DNA from: Vicugna vicugna
Taxonomy: Eukaryota
Direction: 5' to 3'
NCBI GenBank assembly: GCA_013265495.1
Contig: MU058836.1
Coordinates: forward strand, 372,001-436,000
DNA: 64,000 nucleotides
Each line of letters opens with the position of its first letter. Position 1 is the first letter of the stretch. The notes below the pieces were generated by a model. That model had not been told where the DNA came from. It searched no databases and worked only from the letters and a program-made list of their open reading frames with translations. Shown here one piece after another: positions 63,101 to 64,000 of the stretch. The translations under genes and the position numbers were made by a program.

Positions 63101-64000
63101 TTCGTACTTTAGGATCCAGAAAACCATGCGAATGGTGTCTGTGGACAGGGGCTCTGCCCTTTCTCAGTTATCATTTGAGGTGGGTGCTCCAATGTCTCCC
63201 AAAATGTCCACCATGGGTTCCCCACCCCCCCCACCACCCCCGCCACCAGACCTCAGTACTGAGCTTTACTACTGCAAACACTGCTCCTACAGCAATCGGT
63301 CCGTTGTGGGAGTCCTGGTCCACTACCAGAAAAGACACCCAGAAATAAAGGTTACTGCCAAATATATCAGACAGGCTCCTCCCACAGCTGCAATGATGAG
63401 AGGGGCCGAGGGGCCCCAAGGCTCCCCCCGGCCACCTGCCCCCATGCAACAGCTCAACCGCAGCGGCTCCGAGAGAGACGGCCCTCCCATGGAGAATGAG
63501 ATGTTCTTTTGCCAGCACTGTGATTATGGGAACCGGACGGTCAAAGGTGTCCTCATTCACTATCAGAAGAAGCACCGAGACTTCAAGGCCAACGCGGACG
63601 TGATCCGGCAGCACACAGCCACCATCCGAAGCCTCTGTGACCGGAACCAGAAGAAGCCTGCCAGTTGCGTGCTGATGCCTCCCTCGAACGTGGAGCGGGA
63701 CAAAACGAAACTCCGAGCGCTCAAATGTAGGCAGTGCTCGTACACCTCCCCCTACTTCTATGCACTGAGGAAGCACATCAAGAAAGACCACCCTGCCCTA
63801 AAGGCCACGGTCACGTCCATCATGCGGTGGGCGTTCCTCGATGGCTTGATAGACGCTGGCTACCACTGCGAGTGGTGCATCTATTCCCACACGGAGCCCA
63901 GTGGTTTGCTCCTCCATTACCAAAGGAGGCACCCCGAGCATTACGTTGACTACACGTACATGGCTACTAAGCTCTGGGCTGGGCCGGACCCGTCCCCCCC
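60172..64000 (+). CDS. ZNF462: ZNF462 giant exon 3 (partial, runs off the window): 14 C2H2 fingers, poly-Pro and acidic tracts
   Basis: Polypyrimidine acceptor ctctctctttag|G at 60171/2. The phase-1 join gives G|GT CAA AAT (GQNATALGTGSYYGHSPGYYGQH...FQCKFCVRYFRSKNLLIEHTRKVH). Frame appears open to the window end, with repeated CxxC-x12-H-x3/4-H motifs such as YYCKHCDFNNKSARSVSTHYQRMH and YHCEWCIYSHTEPSGLLLHYQRRH. Confidence 0.96.

Noticed and set aside
1..64000. CRISPR arrays, operons or other prokaryotic systems
   Set aside because: The window is intron-containing mammalian DNA and no regularly spaced repeat-spacer array was seen.

Overview
Mammalian genomic DNA, very likely camelid judging by the young tRNA-derived SINE family, containing the 5' part of ZNF462 on the + strand. 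It includes a multi-block CpG-rich promoter (~3.8-8.4 kb), a GA-rich first exon ending at 7030, a ~52.3-kb intron 1 with SINE/L1/L2/MIR/MER repeats and two N-gaps, coding exon 2 (59375-59624, ATG 59405) and the giant exon 3 (60172 to beyond the window end). The ORF track misses exon 3 because it has no stop in the window. About 1349 codons and 15 C2H2 fingers are visible. The most interesting signal appears only after splicing exon 1 to exon 2. The leader then carries a strong 6-codon uORF, a start-stop AUG-UGA, and a 47-aa Arg/Lys-rich uORF that spans the 52-kb intron, is in frame with ZNF462 and is separated from it by one UAG plus 3 codons. The 30-nt exon-2 leader has stops in all three frames, and two candidate alternative first exons are AUG-free. 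Exon 3 also encodes a motif cluster: an H3K27-like KAARK, the CtBP motif PLDLS, an NLS and SIM-like motifs. Exon 1, the alternative exons and repeat family names are inferred by eye and need RNA-seq or RepeatMasker confirmation.
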